64,000 nt of DNA from an uncultured Nitrospiraceae bacterium (GCA_963705105.1 CAVPIW010000005.1:256001-320000); one strand, 5' to 3'; positions 31,980-42,094 are shown, counted from the stretch's first letter. A program made the numbers and translations. The notes: generated from the sequence alone by a model not told the origin.

Positions 31980-33190
31980 GGGGCGGGCGTGATCCTGCAG
32001 AACTTTCTCTTACCCGCCTTGATGATGTATGAACCTGGCCTCAGCCGGTGATCTGGATCGTCTATTCTTGCGTCGTCCACCCGCACGGCGCCCTGCCTGA
32101 CGAGCCTGATCGCCTCGGCGGTGCTTGCCGTGAGGCCCGAGAGCTTCATGATCTTCGGAAGCCACATCTCCGCTTCTTCCCACTGTATTTCACTCACCGG
32201 GATGTCATCAGGAAGCCCCTTCGCTTTGAATATTTCGTTGAACTCCTCCCGGGCATGCCGTGCAGCCTCGTCTCCCCAGTACCGGCCGACGATCTCGATC
32301 GCCAGGTCCTCCTTCACCCTCTTGGGGTGAACGCTTCCGACCTTCAGCCCCTCCTGCAGCCCTTTGAACTCGTCGACGCTGATGTGGCTGAGCAGCTCGT
32401 AGTATCTGATCATCAGGTCGTCGCTGACGGACATGACTTTGCCGTACATCTCCCGCGGCGACTCATAGATCCCTATATAATTCCCGTAGCTCTTCGACAT
32501 CTTCTTGACGCCGTCCAGTCCTTCCAGCAGGGGCATCATGACGACGACCTGCGGCTTCTGTCCGAAGTGGGCCTGGAGCTCCCTCCCCATGAGGAGATTG
32601 AACCGCTGGTCCGTTCCCCCCAGTTCCACATCCGATTCGAGGACGACCGAGTCGTACCCCTGAAGGAGCGGGTAAATGAATTCATGGATGCCGATGGGGT
32701 TCTGGCTCGTGAAGCGCTGCTTGAAATCCTCCCGTTCGAGCATGCGCGCGACCGTCAGAGTCGCCTCGAGCCTGATCAGGTCCGAGGCGGTCATGGCACC
32801 GAGCCACTCGCTGTTGAAACGGATGACGGTCTTGCCGGGGTCGAGGATCTTGTACACCTGTTCCTTGTACGTCTCGGCGTTTTTCAGCACGTCCTCCCGG
32901 GTTAGCGGCTTCCGGGCCTCGGACCGGCCCGTGGGATCGCCGATCATGCCGGTGAAGTCGCCGATCAGGAATGTCACCTCGTGGCCCAGTTCCTGGAAGT
33001 GGCGCATCTTTTCGAGCAGGACGGTGTGGCCGAGGTGAATGTCAGGCGCCGTCGGATCGAAGCCCGCCTTGATCTTCAGGGGCCTGTCCTCCCGGTAGGA
33101 CGCCTCGAGCTTTTCGACAAGCTCTTTTTCGACGATGATCTCGACGACGCCGCGCCTGATGACTTCCAGTTGTTTTTCCGGTTTGAGCAT
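31976..33190 (-). CDS. tyrS: Tyrosine--tRNA ligase
   Basis: [24 protein letters not shown]4-like tail. Confidence 0.97.
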   Translation of the reverse strand: MLKPEKQLEVIRRGVVEIIVEKELVEKLEASYREDRPLKIKAGFDPTAPDIHLGHTVLLEKMRHFQELGHEVTFLIGDFTGMIGDPTGRSEARKPLTREDVLKNAETYKEQVYKILDPGKTVIRFNSEWLGAMTASDLIRLEATLTVARMLEREDFKQRFTSQNPIGIHEFIYPLLQGYDSVVLESDVELGGTDQRFNLLMGRELQAHFGQKPQVVVMMPLLEGLDGVKKMSKSYGNYIGIYESPREMYGKVMSVSDDLMIRYYELLSHISVDEFKGLQEGLKVGSVHPKRVKEDLAIEIVGRYWGDEAARHAREEFNEIFKAKGLPDDIPVSEIQWEEAEMWLPKIMKLSGLTASTAEAIRLVRQGAVRVDDARIDDPDHRLRPGSYIIKAGKRKFCRITPAP

Positions 33191-33447
33191 GACAGTTATA
33201 TTAAAATCTGCCGGTCCCGGAGGTCAAATAGCGGCAGGTTAACCCGGTCCCGCCCCTGCATGGAATCAGTTCCCCCATTGCCTGACCATATGCCATCAAC
33301 ATCACCAATTTGACGATCCCGCAGGAAGCCCGACACGGCAGTCGTCCGTTATTTCCGTGCGAGCGGGAATTCTCCACTTTCGGGTGATGTCGTATAGTGT
33401 GAATACCCGCCCCAGAGAGGGATATTTCCGAATTCATCATTTATATC

Positions 33448-33476
33448 TTGACAGATCTTTTAATACATGGTATACG
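33448..33476 (+). promoter_or_regulatory. Sigma70-type promoter upstream of the S74 array
   Basis: TTGACA-N17-TATACG with TG extension. Confidence 0.55.
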
Positions 33477-33543
33477 GAAAGCAGGAGAAAAGACGGTATC
33501 AGAATGTATTCACCGTTTCATGCCTATGCAGGGAGGGAACATA

Positions 33544-34878
33544 ATGGAAGCCGGGAAAAGAATGAAGAGGTGGACGGCTTTAACGTATCTGGCGGGAGGT
33601 CTTTTTCTTTGCGCGTTTGTTGTCTTACCGGTTGCGCAGGCCGAGGCAGCCGACTTCATCATAACAGATTCAACGCCGGAGATCATTTTTGACGATTCGG
33701 ACAACGGCGATGATTGGCGTATTTTCACCAACCACAACGTCGACGGATTCGGACTCGGGAGCGTGTGGCGTCTGTTCAAAGGGGGAGGCACAGCAGTGAT
33801 CGACATACGGGGAGACGAGGCAACGTATTCAACGAATCTGGCGGGCTCTCTTCTGATTGACTCAGCCGGGAACCTGCATTTTGCCGACGACGGCATGATC
33901 TTTGACCGTTTCAATGCCCGTATGGGCATCGGTCTTACAACACCCGGCTATACCCTGGACGCCATAGGGAACCGCATCCGCCTCAGAAACAGCACTGCTG
34001 CGGGGGCGAAGTCGATACAGATGAGGACAGACGGAACGTGGATTGACCTTCAGGCCGCCAACTCCGATCTTCTCATCAGCACGACGGGTGCCCACAATAT
34101 CTACCTGAGTTCAAACAGAGTGGGCGTCGGGACATCAAGTCCCTTCTATAAATTCTCCGTCAGCGGAGGAAACTCCGACCGCTCGACCCTTCACTTCACC
34201 AACACCGGGACCGACGTGGGGGGTTGGCTGACATCCGTGGCGGACAACAACTTCTTCGTCTCCTCCGGCGCCATGTGGAACGGCGCCGGATGGGTCCAGA
34301 AGTCACCGGACAACCTGGCCGTCATGGCGGGATCGGGACCGTCCGGCTACCGGGTTATGACGCGGTCCGGCTGTGCCGTCGGCACTGCCTGCTCCATCCC
34401 CATTACCCGCATGCTGATCGACTATGCGGGCAATGTCGGCTTCGGCATCGTTCCCGTTCATCCCCTGGACATGGCAAGCGGCGCACATGTGACGGCGGGA
34501 GGGATCTGGATGAACGCATCCAGCAGGAAGTACAAGGAGCACATCGAGGAACTCGCTATCGAGGATGCCCTCAAAACGCTCCGGAACCTGAACCCTGTGA
34601 CGTTCTCGTACAAGGCGGACCCGGCGGAGAAGCACGTCGGCTTCGTCGCCGAGGACGTCCCTGACCTTGTGGCGACAAAGGACCGCAATGGCCTGAGCCC
34701 CTTGGACATCGTCGCCGTCATGACGAAGGTGGTGCAGGAGCAGCAGAGCGTCATCGAGAAACAACGGAGTGACATGGCAAAACAGCAGAGGATCATCGAA
34801 GACCTCGTGGCGCAGATGGCTGAACTCAGGAGATTGGTTCTCCCGGGAGAGCCCGTTGAAGGTGTAAAAGCAAAATAG
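33544..34878 (+). CDS. Exported fibre-like protein with C-terminal peptidase S74 chaperone, paralog 1
   Basis: Signal peptide ending AQAEA; GIG/VGVG-T-P beta repeats; NASSRKYK...GFVAEDV; coiled-coil tail. Confidence 0.8.
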   Translation: MEAGKRMKRWTALTYLAGGLFLCAFVVLPVAQAEAADFIITDSTPEIIFDDSDNGDDWRIFTNHNVDGFGLGSVWRLFKGGGTAVIDIRGDEATYSTNLAGSLLIDSAGNLHFADDGMIFDRFNARMGIGLTTPGYTLDAIGNRIRLRNSTAAGAKSIQMRTDGTWIDLQAANSDLLISTTGAHNIYLSSNRVGVGTSSPFYKFSVSGGNSDRSTLHFTNTGTDVGGWLTSVADNNFFVSSGAMWNGAGWVQKSPDNLAVMAGSGPSGYRVMTRSGCAVGTACSIPITRMLIDYAGNVGFGIVPVHPLDMASGAHVTAGGIWMNASSRKYKEHIEELAIEDALKTLRNLNPVTFSYKADPAEKHVGFVAEDVPDLVATKDRNGLSPLDIVAVMTKVVQEQQSVIEKQRSDMAKQQRIIEDLVAQMAELRRLVLPGEPVEGVKAK

Positions 34879-34995
34879 GGATCAGCATCTGACGGACGAA
34901 CTGTCCTGCGGCAGCGCGGAAAGCGCATTGGAAACATTCGGGATGACGGTGTTCTCATCATTCTTCTGTCACATAACCTTTCCCTTGGAGGAAAC

Positions 34996-36687
34996 ATGAA
35001 AACCATTGCAGGAAGCAGAGCATCAAAGTTTATGATTTTTTCGGCCGGGGTCCTGGCGGCTCTCTTGTCGCTCCTGCCGGTCATGGCTCAAAGTCAGACC
35101 ATCGCCCAATCGCCGCGCCTTTCGGCAAACGCCGCAGGCGGAGGCCTGGAGATCGTTGCCGACCTCACCGGGGCAGAAGTGATCAGCATCGATATCGCGG
35201 GCCCCGGGATCGGCGTCCTCCATACGGAATCGAAAGAGAGCCCCGTGTTTCTATCCACCTCGGAACTTACCGATGCCTCGTACCGGTTCGAGGTGCAGCT
35301 TGTGGACGCAGAAACCGGGAAGATCGTTGAACGTCTGGCAGGGGTGTTTACGGTCAAAGACGGCCAGGTCCTCGTGCCGGTACAGAAGAAAGACAGAAGG
35401 GCCGGGAGCCTTTTGTCCGCACTTGCAGAAGTCATGAAGAACTTTGCCAAATCGGTCTGCAGCTTCTTCGTTTCCGGGGCTGAGGCTGCTGACCTGACCG
35501 TGTCCGACGCAGGCTCGGCAGACCTGTTCATCCACGTAACCAATGTCGGCGCGACGGCTCAGTGGGATATTGACGCAGTCGGCTGCAACCTGGGGGGCTT
35601 CGGGACGTGTTTTGACATCTGGAGTTACGGAGTCGCGGGATATGCCCTGCGACTCGCTGACTCGCCAAACGTCCTCCGCAGCTTCCTTGTCGACGGCGCC
35701 GGCGACATTCATTTCGCCAATGACGGCATGGTCTTTGACCGTTCCCTCAAGCGCCTGGGCATCGGGCTCACAACACCCGGCTATACCCTGGACGCCGTCG
35801 GCGACCGGGTGAGGCTGAGAAACAACACGACTGGAACGGCCCAGACCATCATGCTGAGGACCGACGGTCTTGCGACCGACCTTGAGGCTCTGAACGCCGA
35901 CCTCTGGATCCGGGCCGACCTGCCTGCGCCCGCCCACAACATCTACATGCTGTCCAACAGGGTGGGTGTGGGAACGACCGCTCCAGTGTACAAGCTGACC
36001 GTGAGCGGCGAGGGGTCCGACCGCTCGACCCTTCACTTCACCAACACCGGGACCGACGTGGGGGGTTGGCTGACATCCGTGGCGGACAACAACTTCTTCG
36101 TCTCCTCCGGCGCCATGTGGAACGGCGCCGGATGGGTCCAGAAGTCACCGGACAACCTGGCCGTCATGGCGGGATCGGGACCGTCCGGCTACCGGGTTAT
36201 GACGCGGTCCGGCTGTGCCGTCGGCAATATCTGCGCCGTCGCAACGCGCATGCTGATTGACTATGCGGGCAATGTCGGCTTCGGCATCGTTCCCGTCCAT
36301 CCCCTGCACATGGCAAGCGGCGCACATGTGACGGCGGGAGGAATCTGGATGAACGCATCGAGCAGGAAGTATAAGGACCACATCGAGGACCTGGCTATTG
36401 AAGATGCATTGAAGACGATCAGGAACCTGAACCCTGTGACGTTCTCGTACAAGGCGGACCCATCGGAGAAGCACGTCGGCTTCGTCGCCGAGGACGTGCC
36501 CGAACTCGTCGCGACAAAGGACCGCAATGGCCTGAGCCCCATGGACATCGTCGCCGTCATGACAAGGGTGGTGCAGGAGCAGCAGAAGGTCATCGAAAAA
36601 CAGCAGCAAGCAATGGAAATTCAGCAGAAGATCAACGATGACCTGAGCGCAAGACTTGAGAGGATCGAGCGCGCGATGGATCACTGA
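34996..36687 (+). CDS. Exported S74-domain fibre-like protein, paralog 2
   Basis: GGAGG RBS; signal peptide; extra N-terminal domain; same C-terminal module. Confidence 0.8.
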   Translation: MKTIAGSRASKFMIFSAGVLAALLSLLPVMAQSQTIAQSPRLSANAAGGGLEIVADLTGAEVISIDIAGPGIGVLHTESKESPVFLSTSELTDASYRFEVQLVDAETGKIVERLAGVFTVKDGQVLVPVQKKDRRAGSLLSALAEVMKNFAKSVCSFFVSGAEAADLTVSDAGSADLFIHVTNVGATAQWDIDAVGCNLGGFGTCFDIWSYGVAGYALRLADSPNVLRSFLVDGAGDIHFANDGMVFDRSLKRLGIGLTTPGYTLDAVGDRVRLRNNTTGTAQTIMLRTDGLATDLEALNADLWIRADLPAPAHNIYMLSNRVGVGTTAPVYKLTVSGEGSDRSTLHFTNTGTDVGGWLTSVADNNFFVSSGAMWNGAGWVQKSPDNLAVMAGSGPSGYRVMTRSGCAVGNICAVATRMLIDYAGNVGFGIVPVHPLHMASGAHVTAGGIWMNASSRKYKDHIEDLAIEDALKTIRNLNPVTFSYKADPSEKHVGFVAEDVPELVATKDRNGLSPMDIVAVMTRVVQEQQKVIEKQQQAMEIQQKINDDLSARLERIERAMDH

Positions 36688-36881
36688 GGAGATCATAAAA
36701 GCGCCGGTTTTCCTGCAAAGAAGCCAAGGTCGCCGGGAAAGGCGGGATGACGAACCGGGATGCAGCGGCTGTCAGACCCCCGCAGTGTGACGATGGAGGG
36801 ATTTGCCTGTTCTTTGGGGAAAGAGGGAGTCACATGACGGGCTTTGTATTAACTGACATGAACATGCAGGGAGGAAACGCA

Positions 36882-38126
36882 ATGCAGGTTATGGGAAGAA
36901 TGAAGGGATGGACTGTTTTGACGTGTCTCGCCGGGGGGCTAATTTTGTGCTTGTCCGTTGTCTCACTTCTGGCGGCGCAAGGCGGCAAAGCCCTCGCTCG
37001 GGCGGTGGTCAGGAACGTTGATGTGTCACAGGGCATTGTGCATGAGGCGGGGACATACCTGGCCGAAGCGATGGGGAGTGCAATGGCGTTTCTTGCGCCG
37101 GACGCAGAGGCTGTCGACGTGGTTGTCGAAAGCGCCTTACCCACGCTCTTCTTTGATGACACCAACGACGAGGACTGCGCGACCAATCATGATTGGCAGA
37201 TCACGGCATCGGGAGGCATCAGCAACAATGACGCGAACAATGTCTTCACCATCTCCGGCATGGGGGAATCTGCATTTGGAACTTGCAGTATCGCCGTCCC
37301 GATCATAACGATCAACCACACCGGGGCACTCGGGGTAAACAGCCCGGCGAACAGCCTCGTCATTGATTTCAACGGAGACCTCCGTTTCGCCGCCGATGGG
37401 ATGTTCTTTGACCGTTCTTTATCACACCTGGGAATCGGGATGGTTAGCCCTCAGTATAAGCTCTCCGTGAGCGGCGAGGGGTCCAACCGCTCGACCCTCC
37501 ACTTCACCAACACCGGGACCGACGTGGGGGGTTGGCTGACATCTGTCGCTGACAACAACTTCTTCGTGTCCTCAGGCGCGATGTGGGACTCGTCTGCGGT
37601 GCCCACACCCGGCTGGGTCCAGAAGTCCCCTGATGAAAGAGCCGTCATGGCCGGATCCGGGCCTTCCGGGTACCGCGTGATGACGCGGACGGGCTGCGCA
37701 GTCGGTGCTGTCTGCCCGGTCATTACCCGCATGATGATCGACTATACGGGCAATGTCGGCTTCGGCATCGCACCCATCCATCCCCTGGACATGGCAAGCG
37801 GCGCACATGTGACGGCTGGGGGAATCTGGATGAACGCATCGAGCAGGAAGTATAAGGACCACATCGAGGACCTGGCTATTGAAGATGCATTGAAGACGAT
37901 CAGGAACCTGAACCCTGTGACGTTCTCGTACAAGGCGGACCCATCGGAGAAGCACGTCGGCTTCGTCGCCGAGGACGTGCCCGAACTCGTCGCGACAAAG
38001 GACCGCAATGGCCTGAGCCCCATGGACATCGTCGCCGTCATGACGAAGGTGGTGCAGGAGCAGCAGAAAATTATCGACGATCTTCGCTCAAGGATCGAGA
38101 TGCTGGAGCGCGGGACAGTAAAATGA
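36882..38126 (+). CDS. Exported S74-domain fibre-like protein, paralog 3
   Basis: Leader and signal region homologous to paralog 1; same C-terminal module. Confidence 0.8.
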   Translation: MQVMGRMKGWTVLTCLAGGLILCLSVVSLLAAQGGKALARAVVRNVDVSQGIVHEAGTYLAEAMGSAMAFLAPDAEAVDVVVESALPTLFFDDTNDEDCATNHDWQITASGGISNNDANNVFTISGMGESAFGTCSIAVPIITINHTGALGVNSPANSLVIDFNGDLRFAADGMFFDRSLSHLGIGMVSPQYKLSVSGEGSNRSTLHFTNTGTDVGGWLTSVADNNFFVSSGAMWDSSAVPTPGWVQKSPDERAVMAGSGPSGYRVMTRTGCAVGAVCPVITRMMIDYTGNVGFGIAPIHPLDMASGAHVTAGGIWMNASSRKYKDHIEDLAIEDALKTIRNLNPVTFSYKADPSEKHVGFVAEDVPELVATKDRNGLSPMDIVAVMTKVVQEQQKIIDDLRSRIEMLERGTVK

Positions 38127-38127
38127 C

Positions 38128-38165
38128 GGGCGCCTCGCCCCGCCTTCTTATGCAACGACGAGGGA
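38128..38165. repeat. Solo arm of the modular REP-like family between convergent genes
   Basis: GCGCCTCGCCCCGCCTTCTTATGCAACG. Confidence 0.6.
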
Positions 38166-38168
38166 TTG

Positions 38169-38804
38169 CTACTGCTGCACGGGGATCAGCACTTCGTTAC
38201 GCCGGAGGAACCAGGGCATGAAGGGCGGATTGTAGCGCGCAAACACGGGCTCTCCCACTGGGCGCAAACCCTGCCTCTGCACGAACGCCCTGAGGAGGCC
38301 CTCCTTTTCCTCATACCGCTTCCTGCCCCACGTCCCGGAGTAGGTGATCGCCGCCACGCGGCGGCCCGGCACTTTTTTCAGCACCACCCTCTGATCGAGC
38401 GGCTCCGGCAGCGTCTCCAGGGTATATTCGGAGGGCATCATGAAGGTGATCCTCCAGGCGCCGCCCGTGCTTTCCTGGTTGACCGGCGCCGTCATCGCTA
38501 TCTTCTGAGAGGCCGCGTCCTGCGACACCGGCGCGGTCATGGCGATGGATTCCTTCTTGCGGTTCTTACCCGATATATACTGGAACAGCCGGCGGAAGCC
38601 CTCGTTCCCCACGTCGTCGAAATCCCCCTCGACGATCGTCTCGGCGACGATGTACGGCTCATATTGTCTGATCTCGAAGTCCCCGTCCTTGCTGAGCACG
38701 GTGTATTTCGCCTCTTCGTATGCCATACCCTCTCCATGGGTCAGTGTCACAACCAACCCGAAAAGAAGAAAAACACGGACTAAGAACATGAGGCCGCTTC
38801 TCAT
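38169..38804 (-). CDS. SOUL heme-binding family protein
   Basis: EIRQY, GFRRLFQYISG, IAMTAPV twice, YNPP..RRNEV. Confidence 0.9.
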   Translation of the reverse strand: MRSGLMFLVRVFLLFGLVVTLTHGEGMAYEEAKYTVLSKDGDFEIRQYEPYIVAETIVEGDFDDVGNEGFRRLFQYISGKNRKKESIAMTAPVSQDAASQKIAMTAPVNQESTGGAWRITFMMPSEYTLETLPEPLDQRVVLKKVPGRRVAAITYSGTWGRKRYEEKEGLLRAFVQRQGLRPVGEPVFARYNPPFMPWFLRRNEVLIPVQQ

Positions 38805-38813
38805 CCGCTCAGG

Positions 38814-39917
38814 TTACTCCTCATTCTTGCTCCCCCTTTTGAGTTGGGTGCATTTGACGACGTCGAGCTTCATAAAGCGCATGCAGCCGTTGCAGGAGAT
38901 GCAGTCCGCCTTCTCCTTGCCGTCCCTGAATTTTAACGGCAGGTCAGGCTCCCTGATAAGGGGCCGGGCCAGGGAGACGAAGTCCGCATCGCCGCTGGTC
39001 AGGACGTCTTCGGCAACGCTCCGGGAGCGGATGCCTCCGACGAGCATCACCGGGACCGTGAGGTCCTTCTTGAAGAACCGCGCCGATTCCCTGAAATATG
39101 CCTCCTGTTCGGTCCTGAGGATGTTGAGCTGCGCCGTCCTGCTTCCCGATTCATACATGCCCCCGCTCACCTCGACAGCCGCGATGCCCATGTCTTCCAG
39201 CCTCTTGGCAATCCTCAGACTTTCGTCGCGCGTCAGTCCCCCCTCAACGTAGTCTTCAGCGTTCATCTTGATGAGGATCGGGAAATCGGGCCTCACCTCG
39301 GCCCGCATCGCCCTGTAGACCTCTTCGAGAAAGTGGAATCTCCTCTCCTCGTCTCCACCCCAGTAGTCGTCCCTCCTGTTTGTGTGGGGAGAGAGGAACT
39401 CATTGACGAGATACCCGTGGGCGCCGTGGATCTGGATGCCGTCGAACCCGGCGTAGAAGGCCCTGCCTGCGGCGGCGCCGAAGGACTCGATGATCTCCCA
39501 TATCTCCTCGTTCGTCATCGCGGCGGGTGTCACCTTCGTCGAGGGGTCGTGGACCTCCGACGGCGCAAGAGGTTTGCTGCCGCCCAGGAGCGCCGGAAAG
39601 CACTGCCGTCCGCCGTGGACAAGCTGGATGACCACCCTGCCGTCGAGGCTGTGGATCGCATCGGTGAGCATCCTCAGCCCGTCGATATAATGATCGTTGT
39701 GAATGCACATCATCTGCGGAGCGGACCGCCCCGACACGTGGATGAGGGCATTTCCGGTAATGATGAGACCTGAACCGCCAAGGGTGAGTTCACGGTAAAA
39801 ATCGATGAGGGCATCGGTGACGAAACCGTCCACATCGGCCCTCTTTTCATACGTCGCCGAGCGGACGATCCGGTTCCTCAGGGTGACACCCCCGAAGGTG
39901 CACTGGTGAAAGAGCAT
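38814..39917 (-). CDS. NADH:flavin oxidoreductase (Old Yellow Enzyme family)
   Basis: NRIVRSAT, GFDGIQIHGAHGYL, CISCNGC. Confidence 0.92.
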   Translation of the reverse strand: MLFHQCTFGGVTLRNRIVRSATYEKRADVDGFVTDALIDFYRELTLGGSGLIITGNALIHVSGRSAPQMMCIHNDHYIDGLRMLTDAIHSLDGRVVIQLVHGGRQCFPALLGGSKPLAPSEVHDPSTKVTPAAMTNEEIWEIIESFGAAAGRAFYAGFDGIQIHGAHGYLVNEFLSPHTNRRDDYWGGDEERRFHFLEEVYRAMRAEVRPDFPILIKMNAEDYVEGGLTRDESLRIAKRLEDMGIAAVEVSGGMYESGSRTAQLNILRTEQEAYFRESARFFKKDLTVPVMLVGGIRSRSVAEDVLTSGDADFVSLARPLIREPDLPLKFRDGKEKADCISCNGCMRFMKLDVVKCTQLKRGSKNEE

Positions 39918-39925
39918 GCCTCCTC

Positions 39926-40885
39926 CTATTCCCTGCTCCGAGACAGGGAGACGGCGAATTTGACCGCCTCGATCATGCTCGAGGGATTCGCGATGCCTTT
40001 CCAGGCCCTGTCATAGGCGGAGCCGTGGTCAGGTGAGGTCCTGATGACGGGCAGGCCGATGGTGACATTCACGCCCGTGTCGAAGGCGATCATCTTCAGG
40101 GGCACAAGACCCTGATCATGATACATGCTGACGATGACGTCGAATTCCCCCTGGTAGGCCCGGTGAAAGAGCGTGTCGGCAGGATATGGACCAGAGACGG
40201 GAATGCCCCTGCCCCAGGCTTCCTGCACCGCCGGGGCGATTTCGTCGATCTCCTCACTGCCGAAGAGCCCCGACTCGCCGGCATGGGGGTTCAGTCCCGC
40301 CACGGCGATCTGCGGATTGCCGATCCCCATCATGCGGCAGGCCTGTTCAGCGAGGACGATCGTTTTAAACACATTCTCCCGGGTGATAAGACCGGGCACA
40401 TCCCTGAGCGGACGGTGGATCGTGACGAGGATCACCCGGAGCGGTCCGCCGCAGAGCATCATGGCATAATCGGCCGTCGCCGTCAGCTCGGCAAGCAGTT
40501 CCGTATGGCCGGGCCAGGGAAATCCCGCCATTCTGATTGATTCCTTCGTGATCGGCGCGGTGACGACGGCATCGACAATGCGAAGCTGAGCAAGCTCGAC
40601 GGCCTTCCTGATATAACTGACGCAGGCCCTGCCGTTGGCGGCATCCGTCCTGGACTTCTGAAAATCGCGGCCTTTGATTTCGCCGGTGCCGAGTACGTCG
40701 TATGCCCCGAGGTCGATGGATATGTCCAGGGCCTGGGCCGTTTCTTCGAGCACCGGCTTGTCGCCTATGATGAGGGGATTGCAGAGATCCATAACCTCGT
40801 CGTTAAGGACCGCTCTGAGGGCCACTTCCGGACCGATGCCGGCAGGGTCTCCGATTGTTATGGCGATTTTCTTGCGTTTCGGCAT
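39926..40885 (-). CDS. pdxA: 4-hydroxythreonine-4-phosphate dehydrogenase
   Basis: GDPAGIGPE, GHTE, NPHAGE, YHDQG, RTSPDHG. Confidence 0.95.
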   Translation of the reverse strand: MPKRKKIAITIGDPAGIGPEVALRAVLNDEVMDLCNPLIIGDKPVLEETAQALDISIDLGAYDVLGTGEIKGRDFQKSRTDAANGRACVSYIRKAVELAQLRIVDAVVTAPITKESIRMAGFPWPGHTELLAELTATADYAMMLCGGPLRVILVTIHRPLRDVPGLITRENVFKTIVLAEQACRMMGIGNPQIAVAGLNPHAGESGLFGSEEIDEIAPAVQEAWGRGIPVSGPYPADTLFHRAYQGEFDVIVSMYHDQGLVPLKMIAFDTGVNVTIGLPVIRTSPDHGSAYDRAWKGIANPSSMIEAVKFAVSLSRSRE

Positions 40886-40983
40886 TTCTCTTCTCCCCCC
40901 TTCCCGATTATTACATTGCAGGAGGCGGCGGGAAAAATGCAAGAGACGGTGTCAGTGTGAAGTGCAAGTGATGCCAGAAGGAA

Positions 40984-41225
40984 TTAACCTTATCGTTTCA
41001 ATGAAAATGGAAGGGTTACCTTTCTGTTGCGTGAAAAAAGGCGGGGCGAAGCGCCTCAAAGCCTTGCTGAAGGCGACACCTTAACCGTCACAAAAGACAG
41101 CGTTCTCAAGCCGATGACAGAAAAAAGTGAGCTCTTTTTCTGACACTCACACTGACACTGACACTGTCTTTCAGAGCGCATACACCCCGCCTTTTCGGCG
41201 ACCCAATTGCAACGATAAGGTTTAA
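40984..41225. repeat. Modular REP-like element with outer inverted repeats
   Basis: TTAACCTTATCGTTTCAA...TTGCAACGATAAGGTTTAA; inner AAAGGCGGGG/CCCCGCCTTT; CACTGA hexamers. Confidence 0.8.
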
Positions 41226-41299
41226 AATTATGCGTCCTGAGGTGGTATAATCTGCAGACAACCACTCACAGGAACATGCATCAACGGAGATGATCGACA

Positions 41300-41716
41300 A
41301 TGGATGACCTGCAGAAATTCGTCGCATCGGATGCGCTGGCCGGGCATCTCGGGATCGAGGTGATGGACTACGGTAAGGGCAGTGCGAAGGCCAGGATGAA
41401 GGTGAGGGACTTTCATCTCAACAGCGCAGGCACGGTCCACGGCGGCTCTATCTTCGCCCTTGCCGACGCCGTCTTTTCCGTCGCATCAAACTCCCACGGG
41501 ACCCTTGCGATGGCCATCAACGTATCCATATCCTATTTCAAGGCCGTCAAGAGCGGGACGCTCTTCGCCGAGGGGAAAGAGGTCTCCCTGAACCCGAAAC
41601 TCGCCACCTATCTCATTCGGGTCGAGGACCAGGAGGGTGCGCTCATCGCGCTCTTTCAGGGAACGGTCTACAGGAAAAGGGACCGGCTGGGAGAAGTGCT
41701 CTCTTCCGGAAAATAA
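41300..41716 (+). CDS. PaaI family thioesterase
   Basis: HLNSAGTVHGGSIFALAD hotdog motif. Confidence 0.9.
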   Translation: MDDLQKFVASDALAGHLGIEVMDYGKGSAKARMKVRDFHLNSAGTVHGGSIFALADAVFSVASNSHGTLAMAINVSISYFKAVKSGTLFAEGKEVSLNPKLATYLIRVEDQEGALIALFQGTVYRKRDRLGEVLSSGK

Positions 41717-41734
41717 GAACGACGGTCGGATGCC

Positions 41735-42094
41735 CTATGACTGCTGGGCCAGGGAGCGCGCGAGTCCCCTGTCCATCATTTCCAGCCTCCTGATGGTGAT
41801 CAGGACGACAATAGCCTTTCTGAGCGCCCTGTCATGCCGGGGAATGCGAACAAGACACTGGCAAAGGCCTTCGAGGGAGAGCGTCTTGAGCACCTGGAGC
41901 CAGGCGGCATTTCGTACGGGAGGAACGATCCCCCTCAGATACTGGCACACTTTTGTGCCGCAGGGGTCAACGCTCCTGATGACCATGGAGAGCCTGTTGA
42001 ATTCTCTGCTCTGTTCACCCATCTTGCTCCTGAGCATATTCCTCTGCCTGGAAATATCTCCCCTGTCCGTCAACGCGGCATTTTCCTCTTGCAT
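41735..42094 (-). CDS. Hypothetical protein
   Basis: GGAGGGAG RBS before ATG 42094; no family recognised. Confidence 0.5.
   Translation of the reverse strand: MQEENAALTDRGDISRQRNMLRSKMGEQSREFNRLSMVIRSVDPCGTKVCQYLRGIVPPVRNAAWLQVLKTLSLEGLCQCLVRIPRHDRALRKAIVVLITIRRLEMMDRGLARSLAQQS

Noticed and set aside
33448..33543. TTG start for S74 paralog 1
   Set aside because: The TTG is part of the -35 box TTGACA; the RBS and homology with paralog 3 support ATG 33544.
33544..38126. Diversity-generating retroelement or prophage explanation for the paralog array
   Set aside because: There is no reverse transcriptase, the differences are not adenine-specific, all copies are intact ORFs, and no phage genes are nearby.
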